64,000 nt of DNA from an uncultured virus (IMG/VR IMGVR_UViG_3300035643_000181) (IMGVR_UViG_3300035643_000181), one strand, 5' to 3'; positions 47,707 to 57,447 are shown, numbered from the stretch's first letter. Numbers and translations are program-made. Notes: a model not told the origin generated them from the sequence alone.

Positions 47707-48074
47707 AAATCCGCCGTCATCACAATAACCAGGGGCGGCACCGAATCAAGACCGGTAAGCTCGATAAGGAAGTTACCTGCATGGCCAGAAGGCTAGGCGT
47801 GAGCGATAAAGAAAGGAATATATCGGTCAAACCGTTAGATTCTGAGCAGTTTAACCTTCCTGAGAAAATCACGTATCGAGGTCTCAATGTAAGCCTTTTG
47901 GTCTTTATGAATGATACCACTCGGGAACAAACAATGTCTTTTGCACTTGAAAAAGGTGAAATCATCTTACCCGATAAATACAGTGTGAGAGTGCAGTATC
48001 TATCAGGTGGAAATCCTTTAACAGACCCATTCTATAAAGGACCTGTAAGACTAATAATCTTAGAGGGTAGATGA
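47703..48074 (+). CDS. hypothetical protein
   Basis: Coupled ORF. Confidence 0.5.
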   Translation: MKIRRHHNNQGRHRIKTGKLDKEVTCMARRLGVSDKERNISVKPLDSEQFNLPEKITYRGLNVSLLVFMNDTTREQTMSFALEKGEIILPDKYSVRVQYLSGGNPLTDPFYKGPVRLIILEGR

Positions 48075-48087
48075 CAAAGGAGGAGAA

Positions 48088-48315
48088 ATGACTAAACCTA
48101 GAGTAGTCTGTGCTCTATGTGGCATATCTGCCGGTAATGGTGCCCTTACCAAACTGACCCATGAGGTCAAGAGGAAACCCGTGTGTAAGGACTGCTACAG
48201 ATGGGCGGGTCATAATACTGAAGCGCGGGTAGACAGCTTCTTGAATAACCAAGGCATCAGGGGTAATCGGGAGGACATAGAGAGCGAAGTAGCAAAACTG
48301 GAGGATTTCATATGA
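48088..48315 (+). CDS. hypothetical zinc-finger protein
   Basis: CALC...VCKDC; AGGAGG RBS. Confidence 0.55.
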   Translation: MTKPRVVCALCGISAGNGALTKLTHEVKRKPVCKDCYRWAGHNTEARVDSFLNNQGIRGNREDIESEVAKLEDFI

Positions 48316-48348
48316 GCAGTTAATCCAAATTAGTGGTAGGTAAGAGGA

Positions 48349-48975
48349 TTGAACGGTTGTACCACCCCAAGCAAGTTACGGGTCTATGCCGGTCTGGCGC
48401 CAGGAATGAGACGAAAAGCCGGGGAGAAGATACATTATAATCAGCGTCTCAAGATGCTTTTCTTCCGTCTTGCCAGTAGTCTGATGCGGGTAAAGGGGTA
48501 CCGCTGGGTCGCCGATCCGGCTGCTGAGGGTTATACCGGGAATATTGACGACCTAACTTATAGTGAAAAACTAGCAAGGTACCACATGCCTGATCCCGCT
48601 ATAGATGGTAAATTCTACGTCTTCTACTGCCAGTATAAAGACCATCTTATCCGCCGTGAGACGGCTAAAGGCACCAAAATAGTACCGACCCCTAAAGAAC
48701 GTTTCTGCTTTAATTGTAACAAGGAGGTAGTTAAAAAGGCGGCTAAGTTTTGTCCGGACTGTCATGAGCCGTTATCCTTAAAAACTGAGCCTCCAGGAGT
48801 TCTTTATAAGGGTCATCTGCATCTGCTGGCTCTGCATAGAATGGAGCAAATGTTTTCAGATCAGCTCTGGGTTGCCTGGCGCAAAACTTTGGGATTGCCT
48901 CTTCGCCAGCCCTATCCAGTGGAATTTTTAGGGCACTCGCAGATTCTGTCTCCGGAAGACTTTATGGATAAGTAA
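48349..48975 (+). CDS. tasA: Nop-domain Tas protein (TasA-like, no nuclease domain), apparently short at the N-terminus, with zinc-ribbon insertion
   Basis: SKLRVYAGL, YNQRLK, FY..YK, H..ALHRM..F...LW..WR...GLP...PY IS110/Nop-like motifs; stop codon lies inside the first array repeat. Confidence 0.75.
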   Translation: MNGCTTPSKLRVYAGLAPGMRRKAGEKIHYNQRLKMLFFRLASSLMRVKGYRWVADPAAEGYTGNIDDLTYSEKLARYHMPDPAIDGKFYVFYCQYKDHLIRRETAKGTKIVPTPKERFCFNCNKEVVKKAAKFCPDCHEPLSLKTEPPGVLYKGHLHLLALHRMEQMFSDQLWVAWRKTLGLPLRQPYPVEFLGHSQILSPEDFMDK

Positions 48976-49698
48976 GCAAGATATCTCGAGTAATCCATGA
49001 AGAACGAGCGAGCCGTGAAGTCGGAGAAACCTATTTTAAGAGAGTGAGCCGGGGAGGGCGAGAAATCCATGTAGAAAGAGTGTGCCAAGGACGTGGATAA
49101 ACACATCTCCAGGGAGCGGGCCACATACTTAGATAACCACATGGGACAAGAGTGTGCCAGAAAGGTCGAGAAATCTATAAAAAGCGGGCGAGCCAATGTT
49201 ATTGATAAATACAAAGTTAAAGAGTGTACCGTGTTCTACGAGAAACCTAGGGAGATCGAGTGAGCCGACTGACGGGAGAAACCTTCGACCTGGGAGTGAG
49301 CTGGTGGTAAAGATAAACACAAACACTATGAGCGTGCCAGTCTTTAGGATAAACACAGGGGTGAGGAGTGGGCTACGTTTGATGATGAACACGAGGGGAA
49401 GGAGTGAGCCAAGGCGAGCGATAAACACATATGGCATGAGTGAGCCGGTCGGAGTGAGAAACCTAGCATGGGTGAGCGTGCCAATGGACGAGAGAAATCT
49501 ATTGCTGGTGAGCGAGACAGCAGGCATGAGAAACCTACGGACCAAGAGCGAGCCACTATCTTGGATAAACACACCGGGGGCGAGCGGGCTAATGACAGGT
49601 AGAAACCTCGAAGATGAGAGCGAGCCAGCTGCCGCGAGAAACCTAGAGCAACGGAGCGAGCCGATGAAGAAAAGAAATCTATGAAACTTGAGCGATGC
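48970..49698 (+). ncRNA. TIGR array (20 x 36-nt dual-repeat guide units plus terminal edge repeat)
   Basis: Exact 36-nt period: edge GAGYGWGCC-like, 9-nt spacer A, loop GAGAAAYCY or GATAAACAC, 9-nt spacer B; spacers all different. Confidence 0.9.
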
Positions 49699-49722
49699 TA
49701 TACTTAAGAACAGAGGAGTGAT

Positions 49723-50664
49723 ATGAAGAGTGAGATTCGTGAACACTTTATTGCGGAGTTAGAGGTCTCCTCAGCAGAAACAGTGCGGATACGTACCCAC
49801 TGGTGTGATAAATTCCTTGAGTTTGCCCCGGAGAATTTATCGGAGTGGAACAAGGATATAGTCAACGGGTTTCTCAGAAAGCTGAAAAACGAGGGCTATA
49901 CTCCTTCGACTGTCCGCTATGCTTACGGAGTAGTAAGGCGGGTATTCGATTCTGCTAAGGCCGTTCATGAGAATCAGCGCCGGCACCTTCTTTCCGGTAT
50001 GGACATCACCGACCCGGCATCGGCAGTGGTGGCCATCGCCAAGATCCAGAAGTTTGACCTGGACGGCGGACCAGTTTGGAATCTGGGGAAACGAGCCATG
50101 CCCAAAGTTAAGACTGATGATGTTAATAAGCCGGCGCTCTCCCTGGAGGAAATTGGTAGGATAGTCAATGTAGTGAAGGGTGGTGATTTGAAAGATTACG
50201 AGGCTGCCTTTGTGCTATTGTCCCTGGTTTACGGATTGCGCCAGGGGGAACTGCAGGCAATCAAGCCAGAGCACATAAACTATGAGGCCGGGATCATCTT
50301 TATAACGACTGAAAAAGGTGGTGAGCAGCGTAATCAAATCCTGGAGCCGGCTATCGTACCCTATTTGGAGAAATACGACTTTCACTATGATTTCGACCCC
50401 TCATGGATGAATAGAATATTTAAGAATATTTGTAATAAGGCTGAAGTTAAAAACCGGAAGGGTATGGCTTGGCACGGCTCCCGCCGCTATCTGGACACCC
50501 AGCTGGTCAAAAGCTGTGGTGAACTCTATGCCCACATATTTCTACGTTGGAAGATTAGCACTTCACCTGACATGGAAGTAAGATATTTCAGCGAGGATCC
50601 GTTAGAAGTTGACAAATTTGTGTTATCGAAACACCCGGTGGTACCATTGCTACAAGGTGTATAA
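49723..50664 (+). CDS. tyrosine recombinase/integrase
   Basis: SAM-like N-domain; YGLRQGEL (Arg), TEKGG (Lys), HGSRR (HxxR), LRW, RYF (Tyr). Confidence 0.85.
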   Translation: MKSEIREHFIAELEVSSAETVRIRTHWCDKFLEFAPENLSEWNKDIVNGFLRKLKNEGYTPSTVRYAYGVVRRVFDSAKAVHENQRRHLLSGMDITDPASAVVAIAKIQKFDLDGGPVWNLGKRAMPKVKTDDVNKPALSLEEIGRIVNVVKGGDLKDYEAAFVLLSLVYGLRQGELQAIKPEHINYEAGIIFITTEKGGEQRNQILEPAIVPYLEKYDFHYDFDPSWMNRIFKNICNKAEVKNRKGMAWHGSRRYLDTQLVKSCGELYAHIFLRWKISTSPDMEVRYFSEDPLEVDKFVLSKHPVVPLLQGV

Positions 50665-50683
50665 TTAGCACGGAGGTTCAATT

Positions 50684-51376
50684 ATGCCAGAACTGCCATC
50701 GATAAATCCACCACGAATTTCGGAGATTCTCAAGGGGGCTAAAGCAGTCAGGGGTGTTGTTCAGGACGTGCGGGAGGTAATACACGACGGGCGCCAGGAG
50801 ATTCGAGATATCGCTAATGCGTTCAAGCTAGATGAGAAAGGCGAAACTGTGGTAACCAAAAAGGCGCCGCCATCACCACCCTCACAGGAGACTGCCCCGC
50901 CGGCAGCCGATGGGGTGACTGATGCCGAGACGCTTCAATATCAGCGGAACGAGTTGGCTGACGAGTTGGCATTACTGGAGAAACATCTCGCCAGTGGGGG
51001 TAAGATTGCCGGAAAGAGTTGTGACTGTCTTGCCAAGCATTCGCGAGTAGTGAAAAGGTTAGCTACGGAGACAGTGCCGATCGCGGCACGGCAAGGAAAA
51101 GACCCCTCTTTTTATTCCAATTTAGCTGAGTGGGCTAATGAGATACAACAGATTGGGACAAAGGAGGCCGTTGACTCAGGGCAATATACTAATCGGTATG
51201 CCCAGGAGAGTGGCAATGCCTCTAATTTACGTAAGTCAATTGAATCTGGTGCCGATTGCCCAACTTGTCCCCAGAGACTCACGGACTTTCAGGCAACGCA
51301 TAAGCCGAGCCTCGAGGAGGCAAAGCAGCTTGCTAACACTGAGGCTGTTGCAGTTGAAGAAGGGCAGGAAGAGTGA
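50684..51376 (+). CDS. hypothetical protein
   Basis: GGAGG RBS; LEKHL...CDCLAKH. Confidence 0.65.
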   Translation: MPELPSINPPRISEILKGAKAVRGVVQDVREVIHDGRQEIRDIANAFKLDEKGETVVTKKAPPSPPSQETAPPAADGVTDAETLQYQRNELADELALLEKHLASGGKIAGKSCDCLAKHSRVVKRLATETVPIAARQGKDPSFYSNLAEWANEIQQIGTKEAVDSGQYTNRYAQESGNASNLRKSIESGADCPTCPQRLTDFQATHKPSLEEAKQLANTEAVAVEEGQEE

Positions 51377-51681
51377 AGTGCTCCAGGTGTGGTACAGAAC
51401 TGGATGCATACGGGTGTTGTAAGAAGTGCGGTACATGCACAATACCGAAGGTGAACAATCCCAAACTAACTGACAAAGCCAGGGAAGAGATTGCTAGAGT
51501 GTATCTTGAACCCTTGCTTCGAAAGGCAGTACCGGAGGCATGGCAAGAGACAGCCGAAACCTTTTGCAAGAACAGGTGTGGCAGGATACCTGATCAAAGT
51601 GAGAAATTTTGCTTTATGGCAACAACTATTTTCGAGCAGAGGTATAAGGATATTCTGAAGAGGCAATATCAGTTAAACTGA
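51373..51681 (+). CDS. hypothetical protein with N-terminal CxxCGxxLD zinc knuckle
   Basis: CSRCGTELDAYGCC resembles the shared tag. Confidence 0.55.
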   Translation: MKCSRCGTELDAYGCCKKCGTCTIPKVNNPKLTDKAREEIARVYLEPLLRKAVPEAWQETAETFCKNRCGRIPDQSEKFCFMATTIFEQRYKDILKRQYQLN

Positions 51682-51692
51682 GGAGGCAATTT

Positions 51693-52013
51693 ATGCCGAA
51701 CATCTGGTCATGTGACCCCGACTGGTTTGAGCAAATGGTTCAGAAGGAAGAAAAGGTAGCTGTTGTCGTTTGGTCGGGTGCAAAAGACAACGAATATCTG
51801 AACAAAATGGGCGAGTTGGAGAAACAGGGGATTCCTGTTTTTGTATGTGATTCCAGAACGTGTGGACCGATAGCGGAGAGGTTGGGATTGAAAGAAGGTG
51901 GTGAAACGATTGTTTTTGAGAGGGGTGTGGAAAAGGGAAGGGTTATTCCGAGTGAGGATGCTGAGGGGAATTTCAAGAGGGTGCAGGAATTAACCTCGAG
52001 TAATGAAGGTTGA
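51693..52013 (+). CDS. thioredoxin-fold-like protein lacking CxxC
   Basis: VAVVVWS...VFVCD....IAERLGL...TIVFERGVEKGR pattern. Confidence 0.5.
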   Translation: MPNIWSCDPDWFEQMVQKEEKVAVVVWSGAKDNEYLNKMGELEKQGIPVFVCDSRTCGPIAERLGLKEGGETIVFERGVEKGRVIPSEDAEGNFKRVQELTSSNEG

Positions 52014-52245
52014 AACCAGGGAATACTGTGAAAAGTGTCCCTTCTTCGATCATAACTTAGGTTGGAAGGAAGCCTCTGACCCATATTGGGAGACGCATAT
52101 CGCGGGTGGTTGCGCTTGCCGTAACTGTCCCGATCGTCTTGATTGTGAAGCTAACGGTCCTAAGGACCTCCGCAGTTGCCTGACCTCTGAGTTGCTACGC
52201 CGGGGACATCCAGAAGACGAAATAGCCTGTTATTTTGCACTTTGA
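52003..52245 (+). CDS. Cys-rich hypothetical protein
   Basis: Multiple CxxC motifs. Confidence 0.5.
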   Translation: MKVETREYCEKCPFFDHNLGWKEASDPYWETHIAGGCACRNCPDRLDCEANGPKDLRSCLTSELLRRGHPEDEIACYFAL

Positions 52246-52251
52246 CTTTCT

Positions 52252-53502
52252 TTGGTAAAATTGAACAAGGAGGTGATGAAGATGAAGTACTCCCGACAGG
52301 ACTTACTAGAAGGCCGAGTTACTCATGACGAATATTATCGACAGTTTGCTAAGGAACACCATATTGCCATCACTGGCATAACGCTATTTGGGGTCAGGGA
52401 TATGGAGCACCTCCGCCAACTGATTAAAGCTGACCCGAATCTTAACAACATACCACTAAAGTACTTCGATAGTATGACCAACTCATATAACATGTATAAC
52501 CCGCATGACCGAATGACCTTAGCTGAGGGTGCCTCTGTGTATAAGACACTGCTGAAGGATTTGGCTACCCAGAGTGCTATAAAATGGCGCGAAATGCCCT
52601 CGGTTACTACGGGTGGTAAACCAACATTCTTTGTGGCCGATACCCCCTGGGGCAAGAGGTGGGTAGCTTGGAACAGGGTAGAACGTAAATGGCTGGTAAC
52701 CGGAGAACAAGAGGCTCCTCGAGGAGAGTCTCCTGTTTATGGTAAATTCAATACTGCTGAAGAGGGTAAGCGGTTTGTGGAAGAGGGTAAGGCGACCAAA
52801 GAATTCCTTAATACGCCGATAAAAAAGAGGCTCGCTAAACCAACCAGAGATGACGTGGAGATTCATAAGTGGTTTGAGCGGGACCGTCAGCATATCGAGG
52901 TGAGAGATAAGAAAACACAGGAAACAGTTGCCGAATGGTGGGATGAGGCGGTATCAGAAATGGTCGAAAGTGGTTTCTTCTACGCCCCTGGTATTGGTGG
53001 GCGAATTCCCTCAGAGCAACGTAAGTTAGATGAGAGCGTGCTGAAATACCTTGAAGATACCGGGGTGTTGGATTCCGGGAAGAAGGCCGCCTGGTGCCCG
53101 GTATGTGCTGGTGACCTTGATGCCCAGGGTAAGTGCCCGAAGGGGCATTTTGGGGAGCTACACGTTCAGCCAAAAAGTGGTAAAAAGGGTGGGAATGGTA
53201 CGGTGAAGGCGATAGCAGCAAATAAGCGTATGGTGGATCTAGTAGAGGCGAGTGAGCACTTGGCCTATGCCTATCAGTTAGCTATAATGGGCTATGGTGC
53301 TGATGCCTTTGAGCATGTTGAGATAGCACTATTTAAACTAAGCGAGTTAGGGATAAATCCAGGCGATGAGGACTTTGAACCACTGATGAAGCCACTTAAA
53401 GAGCTTCAGAGAGGGATGCCCGCCTTGAAAATTGCCAGTCATGTCAGTGATGCTCAGGAGGAGCTAAAAAGGCTGGCTCCACTACTGGCAAAAGGAGGCT
53501 AG
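52252..53502 (+). CDS. multidomain hypothetical protein with internal WCxxC tag
   Basis: WCPVCAGDLDAQGKCPKGH at 53092; C-terminal domain paralogous to 58410..58799; true start probably ~52276-52282. Confidence 0.7.
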   Translation: MVKLNKEVMKMKYSRQDLLEGRVTHDEYYRQFAKEHHIAITGITLFGVRDMEHLRQLIKADPNLNNIPLKYFDSMTNSYNMYNPHDRMTLAEGASVYKTLLKDLATQSAIKWREMPSVTTGGKPTFFVADTPWGKRWVAWNRVERKWLVTGEQEAPRGESPVYGKFNTAEEGKRFVEEGKATKEFLNTPIKKRLAKPTRDDVEIHKWFERDRQHIEVRDKKTQETVAEWWDEAVSEMVESGFFYAPGIGGRIPSEQRKLDESVLKYLEDTGVLDSGKKAAWCPVCAGDLDAQGKCPKGHFGELHVQPKSGKKGGNGTVKAIAANKRMVDLVEASEHLAYAYQLAIMGYGADAFEHVEIALFKLSELGINPGDEDFEPLMKPLKELQRGMPALKIASHVSDAQEELKRLAPLLAKGG

Positions 53503-53504
53503 AA

Positions 53505-54065
53505 GTGCATTACTATTGTGGCGCCTATACAGTTGATTCAAAAAGAATATTTCGGGTTAGGGATTCCACTGGTAACTTTCCTCCAGACCTCTGTAATTCC
53601 GGACGGCTTGAGTTTTGGGAACATAGTCTTGTGAAAGCAACGGACAAGGTCATCGAGCTGGCGAAGAAGTACAAATGCACTGAGATAGAATGGCAGACGG
53701 CTGGGGTTGACTTTGTAAAGCCGGTTCCAGGGGCAATTCTAAGGGAGTGGTGTTCAGTCTGTGGTGCTGACCTTGATGAGCAAGGTCGGTGTCCAAAGGG
53801 ACATGCAACGAAATCTCGAGCTTCTAGTGAACGCTATAAGCATGCCGACCAGTTTAGACGTCTTGGAGACATGCTCGAGTACCAGGTTTATTGGGAGCAG
53901 CAAGCCATAGACGGGTATCGTCTGCATGCAAAGTATGCCAAAGATAAGGGCGACCTAGTCACCTCCGAGCTTTTTAACCACATCATGCTGGAAGAGGAGC
54001 ATCACAAACAGGAGCTGTTAGAGAGATTGAGAGAAGTAGTAGGTTTACGGAAGGTGGTAGTATGA
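53505..54065 (+). CDS. WCxxC-tagged protein with C-terminal ferritin-like helices
   Basis: EQQAIDGY...LFNHIMLEEEHH (ExxH). Confidence 0.6.
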   Translation: MHYYCGAYTVDSKRIFRVRDSTGNFPPDLCNSGRLEFWEHSLVKATDKVIELAKKYKCTEIEWQTAGVDFVKPVPGAILREWCSVCGADLDEQGRCPKGHATKSRASSERYKHADQFRRLGDMLEYQVYWEQQAIDGYRLHAKYAKDKGDLVTSELFNHIMLEEEHHKQELLERLREVVGLRKVVV

Positions 54066-54280
54066 ATCCCAGATGGTGTTCAGTCTGTGGTGCTGACCTT
54101 GATGAACAGGGTCGGTGTCCTCGTCTCCCGCATCGCGGAGTATCTTCTAATAAATTTTGCCCCATGATGCGACAATACATAGGGCAGTGTTTCGACTCCT
54201 GCACGTGGTTAGCCTATGGCAAATGTACTTATGATGAGCAGATTATCAAGGAGCTTGAAGACTTGAGATCGATGAGGTAA
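54062..54280 (+). CDS. small WCxxC-tagged Cys-rich protein
   Basis: WCSVCGADLDEQGRCPRLPH. Confidence 0.6.
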   Translation: MNPRWCSVCGADLDEQGRCPRLPHRGVSSNKFCPMMRQYIGQCFDSCTWLAYGKCTYDEQIIKELEDLRSMR

Positions 54281-54283
54281 GTA

Positions 54284-54997
54284 ATGGTAAAACTTAGTTC
54301 CCATAAGGAAATTGTTATATTTTCTGGCCATCCTTTAGCTGATAAAATTGCAAATTTAACCTTCCCCACCAAGAAGGAAACAGCAGAACATTATCCTTTT
54401 TACTTTTATGTTAAAGATTTATCTACTTGGTTAGCTCCAAGAAATATCAGAGATAATACTTGGGATGAAATTTTTCCAGGTGTGGGAGAACGAAACTGGT
54501 GTCCCATATGTGGTAGCGACCTCGATGCGCGAGGATTGTGTCCTCGTTATCCACATAAGGTTAAAGAGGAACCGGTGAAAACTACCAGGACGAACCTGGA
54601 TGAGAAGATACACACTTCGTCGGGTGACCCCAAGATACTAGCCTTGCGTAATAGTAAAATCCCCTGGTGGACTAACACCCCTCTGGCGGTATCAATGCAT
54701 CAGGAAATTCCCAGGTATTGGTATCATGTTGGTCGCGGCTCCAAGGCCAAAGGAATACCGGCTTACAAAATAAGGGAAATTGAGGCCGCTGACACGTTTG
54801 GTCTGGACTATTTCAAGTATCAGTATGTGTGGTTAAGCCCGAAACCAATATATGGACCGGATGCCTTCATCATTGATATAACTAAGCTGGATAATGCCAA
54901 CCTGAGATTTACTGGGCAGATAGAGGGTAATTTGCTTCACAAGGGCGATATCCCTCCTAAAGCCATAGTTGGCGAGCGTGGAAAACCATATAATTAG
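54284..54997 (+). CDS. WCxxC-tagged protein with possible ADP-ribosyltransferase-like C-domain
   Basis: YWYHVG...VWLS...IDITKL...HKGDIPPKAI pattern. Confidence 0.5.
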   Translation: MVKLSSHKEIVIFSGHPLADKIANLTFPTKKETAEHYPFYFYVKDLSTWLAPRNIRDNTWDEIFPGVGERNWCPICGSDLDARGLCPRYPHKVKEEPVKTTRTNLDEKIHTSSGDPKILALRNSKIPWWTNTPLAVSMHQEIPRYWYHVGRGSKAKGIPAYKIREIEAADTFGLDYFKYQYVWLSPKPIYGPDAFIIDITKLDNANLRFTGQIEGNLLHKGDIPPKAIVGERGKPYN

Positions 54998-55012
54998 ACA
55001 AGGAGGTGTCTG

Positions 55013-55129
55013 ATGGCAGAGAAAGGTGATACCAAGAAGGACATTGATCAGAGTATGAAGAAAAGTGGTGTGGATAAGGTGGTGAAGGAGCAGGCTGCCG
55101 AGATACGGAAAGCAAAAGGGAAGAAGTAG
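55013..55129 (+). CDS. 38-aa Lys-rich peptide
   Basis: AAGGAGG RBS; MAEKGDTKK...KAKGKK; below the ORF-track cutoff. Confidence 0.5.
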   Translation: MAEKGDTKKDIDQSMKKSGVDKVVKEQAAEIRKAKGKK

Positions 55130-55144
55130 AAGGAGGTTACTAAA

Positions 55145-55660
55145 ATGTCTAACAAAAAATGGTGTCCTGTTTGTGGGGGAGATATGGATGAGAGTGGGAG
55201 ATGTACTCGGGGGCATAGCATCAAGGAACAAAGGATAGGGAAAAATATTAGACCTTTGAAGGAGCATATCCTCATGCTACGGGATGAGGACTGGTGCTAC
55301 GATGTTTTATGGGGACAGATTGCGGAGGAATTAGGTTATCTTCAACATACGCAGATAGAGAAGGAAGCGATACTGCTCAAACGTATGGGTATAGAAGATG
55401 CTACTCATAAACAAGCATTGGAATCGGGAATTAAGAAGAATCTGGATTGGGCACGTACCCATCCGGAGGAACAAAAAAGGCTTGATGTACTTCAACAAAT
55501 ATGTAACTTTATGACCCAGGGAGTATTGTATACTAATGTTGCTTATTGGCAGAAAGCCCTCCAGTGGCTTATTGGTCAACAACCTAGTTGGGCTGCTGTC
55601 TACGAAGCCTTTAATATTACACAAGATGACTTTGAGAGATTCCATAAGAAGAGGGAATAA
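55145..55660 (+). CDS. N-terminally WCxxC-tagged hypothetical protein
   Basis: AAGGAGG RBS; WCPVCGGDMDESGRCTRGH. Confidence 0.65.
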   Translation: MSNKKWCPVCGGDMDESGRCTRGHSIKEQRIGKNIRPLKEHILMLRDEDWCYDVLWGQIAEELGYLQHTQIEKEAILLKRMGIEDATHKQALESGIKKNLDWARTHPEEQKRLDVLQQICNFMTQGVLYTNVAYWQKALQWLIGQQPSWAAVYEAFNITQDDFERFHKKRE

Positions 55661-55674
55661 CGAAAGGGGAAGAA

Positions 55675-57234
55675 ATGAACATCCTGACTCCAGAACAGCT
55701 TGCCGCCCGTCAGAGAAGTGGCTGGAAGGTATTCCAGCCCGGTTTCGACATGTCCTACAAGAGCCACTGGAATACGCCGTGGTTCTTTATTCGTGAGTTC
55801 TACCAGAACGCCCTTGATGAACATGATGAAGCCGGTGTCACAACATACCCCTTGTTAGCTATGGCTCCCAGAGGGGCGATAATTGCGGATAGCGGTAGGG
55901 GTATTGGCGCCGAGAGCCTGTTATTGCGGGAAACAAAGGAGCAATCTGACCTGAGAGGGCGGTTTGGTGAGGGGATGAAATTTGCCTGTATTGCAGCAGT
56001 GCGACAGGGCTACATTCCGGTAATTGAGAGTGCCAATGTCATTATTGAGGCGTGTGCTTCGCCGTTGAAAATGGGTAAGGTGGAAGCTAATATGTTGACC
56101 CTTCTCTGGAAAGAGCGAAACGAGCAGGGTAAAGGTACTGTCATTACCGTTGAGGGTTACCACGGGGAGCTTTATAAAGACCGGTTTACCACCTTTCTGG
56201 ATCCACCTATATTTAGAACATATACAAAAATTGGTCGCTTTCGTAGACATCTTGGAATTTATACCAAACCAGCAGGTCGCCTCTATGTTGGCGATATCTA
56301 CATCAGGGATTTGGAAAATGCCAGGTATGGCTATAACCTCTGGGGTATTGAGCTTAATCCCGACAGAGTAAGCGAGATTAATAACAACACTATGAAGCGA
56401 GTGGTTACTTCCATCTGGTCAGTTGCGAATAGTGAGGAGTTAGTCAAGGGAGCACTAACCGCTATGACTGAAATAGGAACGTTTGAAAATAAACTTCCCT
56501 GGGACCGTATTTCTGTAGATTCAGATCGCCAGAGATACTGGGTATCCTCCTGGGCAAATGTTTTTGGTCAACGGGTAGTACTGAGTACCGATAAGAGAAT
56601 CTCAAAGATAACGGAGTCTTTTGGTTATAAGCCTGTAGGAGAAGGGTGGGGATATGAGGTAAGGGCCTTCTTGTCATCTGTTGTACCAACCGACCAAAGT
56701 GTTGCGCAGAGCCGGATGAAGGAGCTCACCACTCCTACGATTATACCCGATGAAAAACTGGGAGTGGGGGCAAGAAAAAATCTGGAGCTGTTGCGTTACC
56801 TGGCCAATAAGTGCGGGGATCACTGTTGTGATGCTCATGGTGAGCCAGCTAAGATTGTCGCGGCACAGATACCAGGGGATCCCAGGACAGGCGATATCAT
56901 TGACGGTTTGTGTGCTTCTGATGAGGGTTATATCTATTTGTCACCTGGTGTACTTACGACCGAGGAATCATCACTTGCCGTCTTCTATCACGAAGAGGGA
57001 CACTGGGTTGGCGGTATGAATGCTATTGATGGGTCTATGGAACACACGAGAGCGGTGCAGCAGGTTGCCGCTCGCGTTTCCATTATCTTACGTAAAAATT
57101 CTGCCGAGATAGGAAGAATACTACAGGAAGGACCGCCAGCTCGCGGTACTATAAAAACCAAGTGGTGCCCGGTATGCGGTGCTGATATGGATGCAGAAGG
57201 CAAATGTACCCGGCTGCCTCATAAGTTTAGGTAG
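55675..57234 (+). CDS. GHKL ATPase fused to a HExxH metallopeptidase-like region, C-terminal WCxxC tag
   Basis: REFYQNALD, DSGRGI, GRFGEGMK, GT; HEEGH. Confidence 0.75.
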   Translation: MNILTPEQLAARQRSGWKVFQPGFDMSYKSHWNTPWFFIREFYQNALDEHDEAGVTTYPLLAMAPRGAIIADSGRGIGAESLLLRETKEQSDLRGRFGEGMKFACIAAVRQGYIPVIESANVIIEACASPLKMGKVEANMLTLLWKERNEQGKGTVITVEGYHGELYKDRFTTFLDPPIFRTYTKIGRFRRHLGIYTKPAGRLYVGDIYIRDLENARYGYNLWGIELNPDRVSEINNNTMKRVVTSIWSVANSEELVKGALTAMTEIGTFENKLPWDRISVDSDRQRYWVSSWANVFGQRVVLSTDKRISKITESFGYKPVGEGWGYEVRAFLSSVVPTDQSVAQSRMKELTTPTIIPDEKLGVGARKNLELLRYLANKCGDHCCDAHGEPAKIVAAQIPGDPRTGDIIDGLCASDEGYIYLSPGVLTTEESSLAVFYHEEGHWVGGMNAIDGSMEHTRAVQQVAARVSIILRKNSAEIGRILQEGPPARGTIKTKWCPVCGADMDAEGKCTRLPHKFR

Positions 57235-57433
57235 TCTCATCATCGACAACGGTTAGCACCATCTCGCTATGCTTATCGATGATGCTGCGTCCTGTTACAT
57301 AACCCTGGACCAATACGGCAATAAACTCTCCGAGGCTGATGTTCTTGTCGAAGTCTTTCTCAAACAACTCCTTGGCCTGCACCAGCATATAGTGTTGCCT
57401 TCGGGAAAGACTCACCGATTTAAAAGTACTCAT
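57227..57433 (-). CDS. small ribbon-helix-helix-like regulator
   Basis: FKSVSLS strand followed by two helices (ISLGEFI); AAGGAGG RBS. Confidence 0.55.
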   Translation of the reverse strand: MSTFKSVSLSRRQHYMLVQAKELFEKDFDKNISLGEFIAVLVQGYVTGRSIIDKHSEMVLTVVDDETT

Positions 57434-57447
57434 ATTTCCTCCTTCAA

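Noticed and set aside
48349..48975. IS110 transposase / insertion sequence
   Set aside because: No DEDD RuvC-like domain, too short, and followed by a guide array, which fits Tas better.
48970..49698. CRISPR array
   Set aside because: Repeats are two alternating degenerate 9-mers with 9-nt spacers rather than 23-47-nt repeats with ~30-nt spacers; no cas operon is present.
48970..49698. Self-targeting by array spacers
   Set aside because: Isolated 9-mer matches were seen (aatggacga at 10559, ggtggtaaa at 52612, agctgccgc at 34210), but the partner spacer did not match alongside. Single 9-mers are expected by chance. An exhaustive search was not possible.
49129..49746. ORFs 49129..49746 (-), 49196..49684 (+) and 48912..49214 (-) as real proteins
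   Set aside because: They consist almost entirely of array sequence, lack RBS/operon coupling and flanking domains, and arise easily from a period divisible by three.
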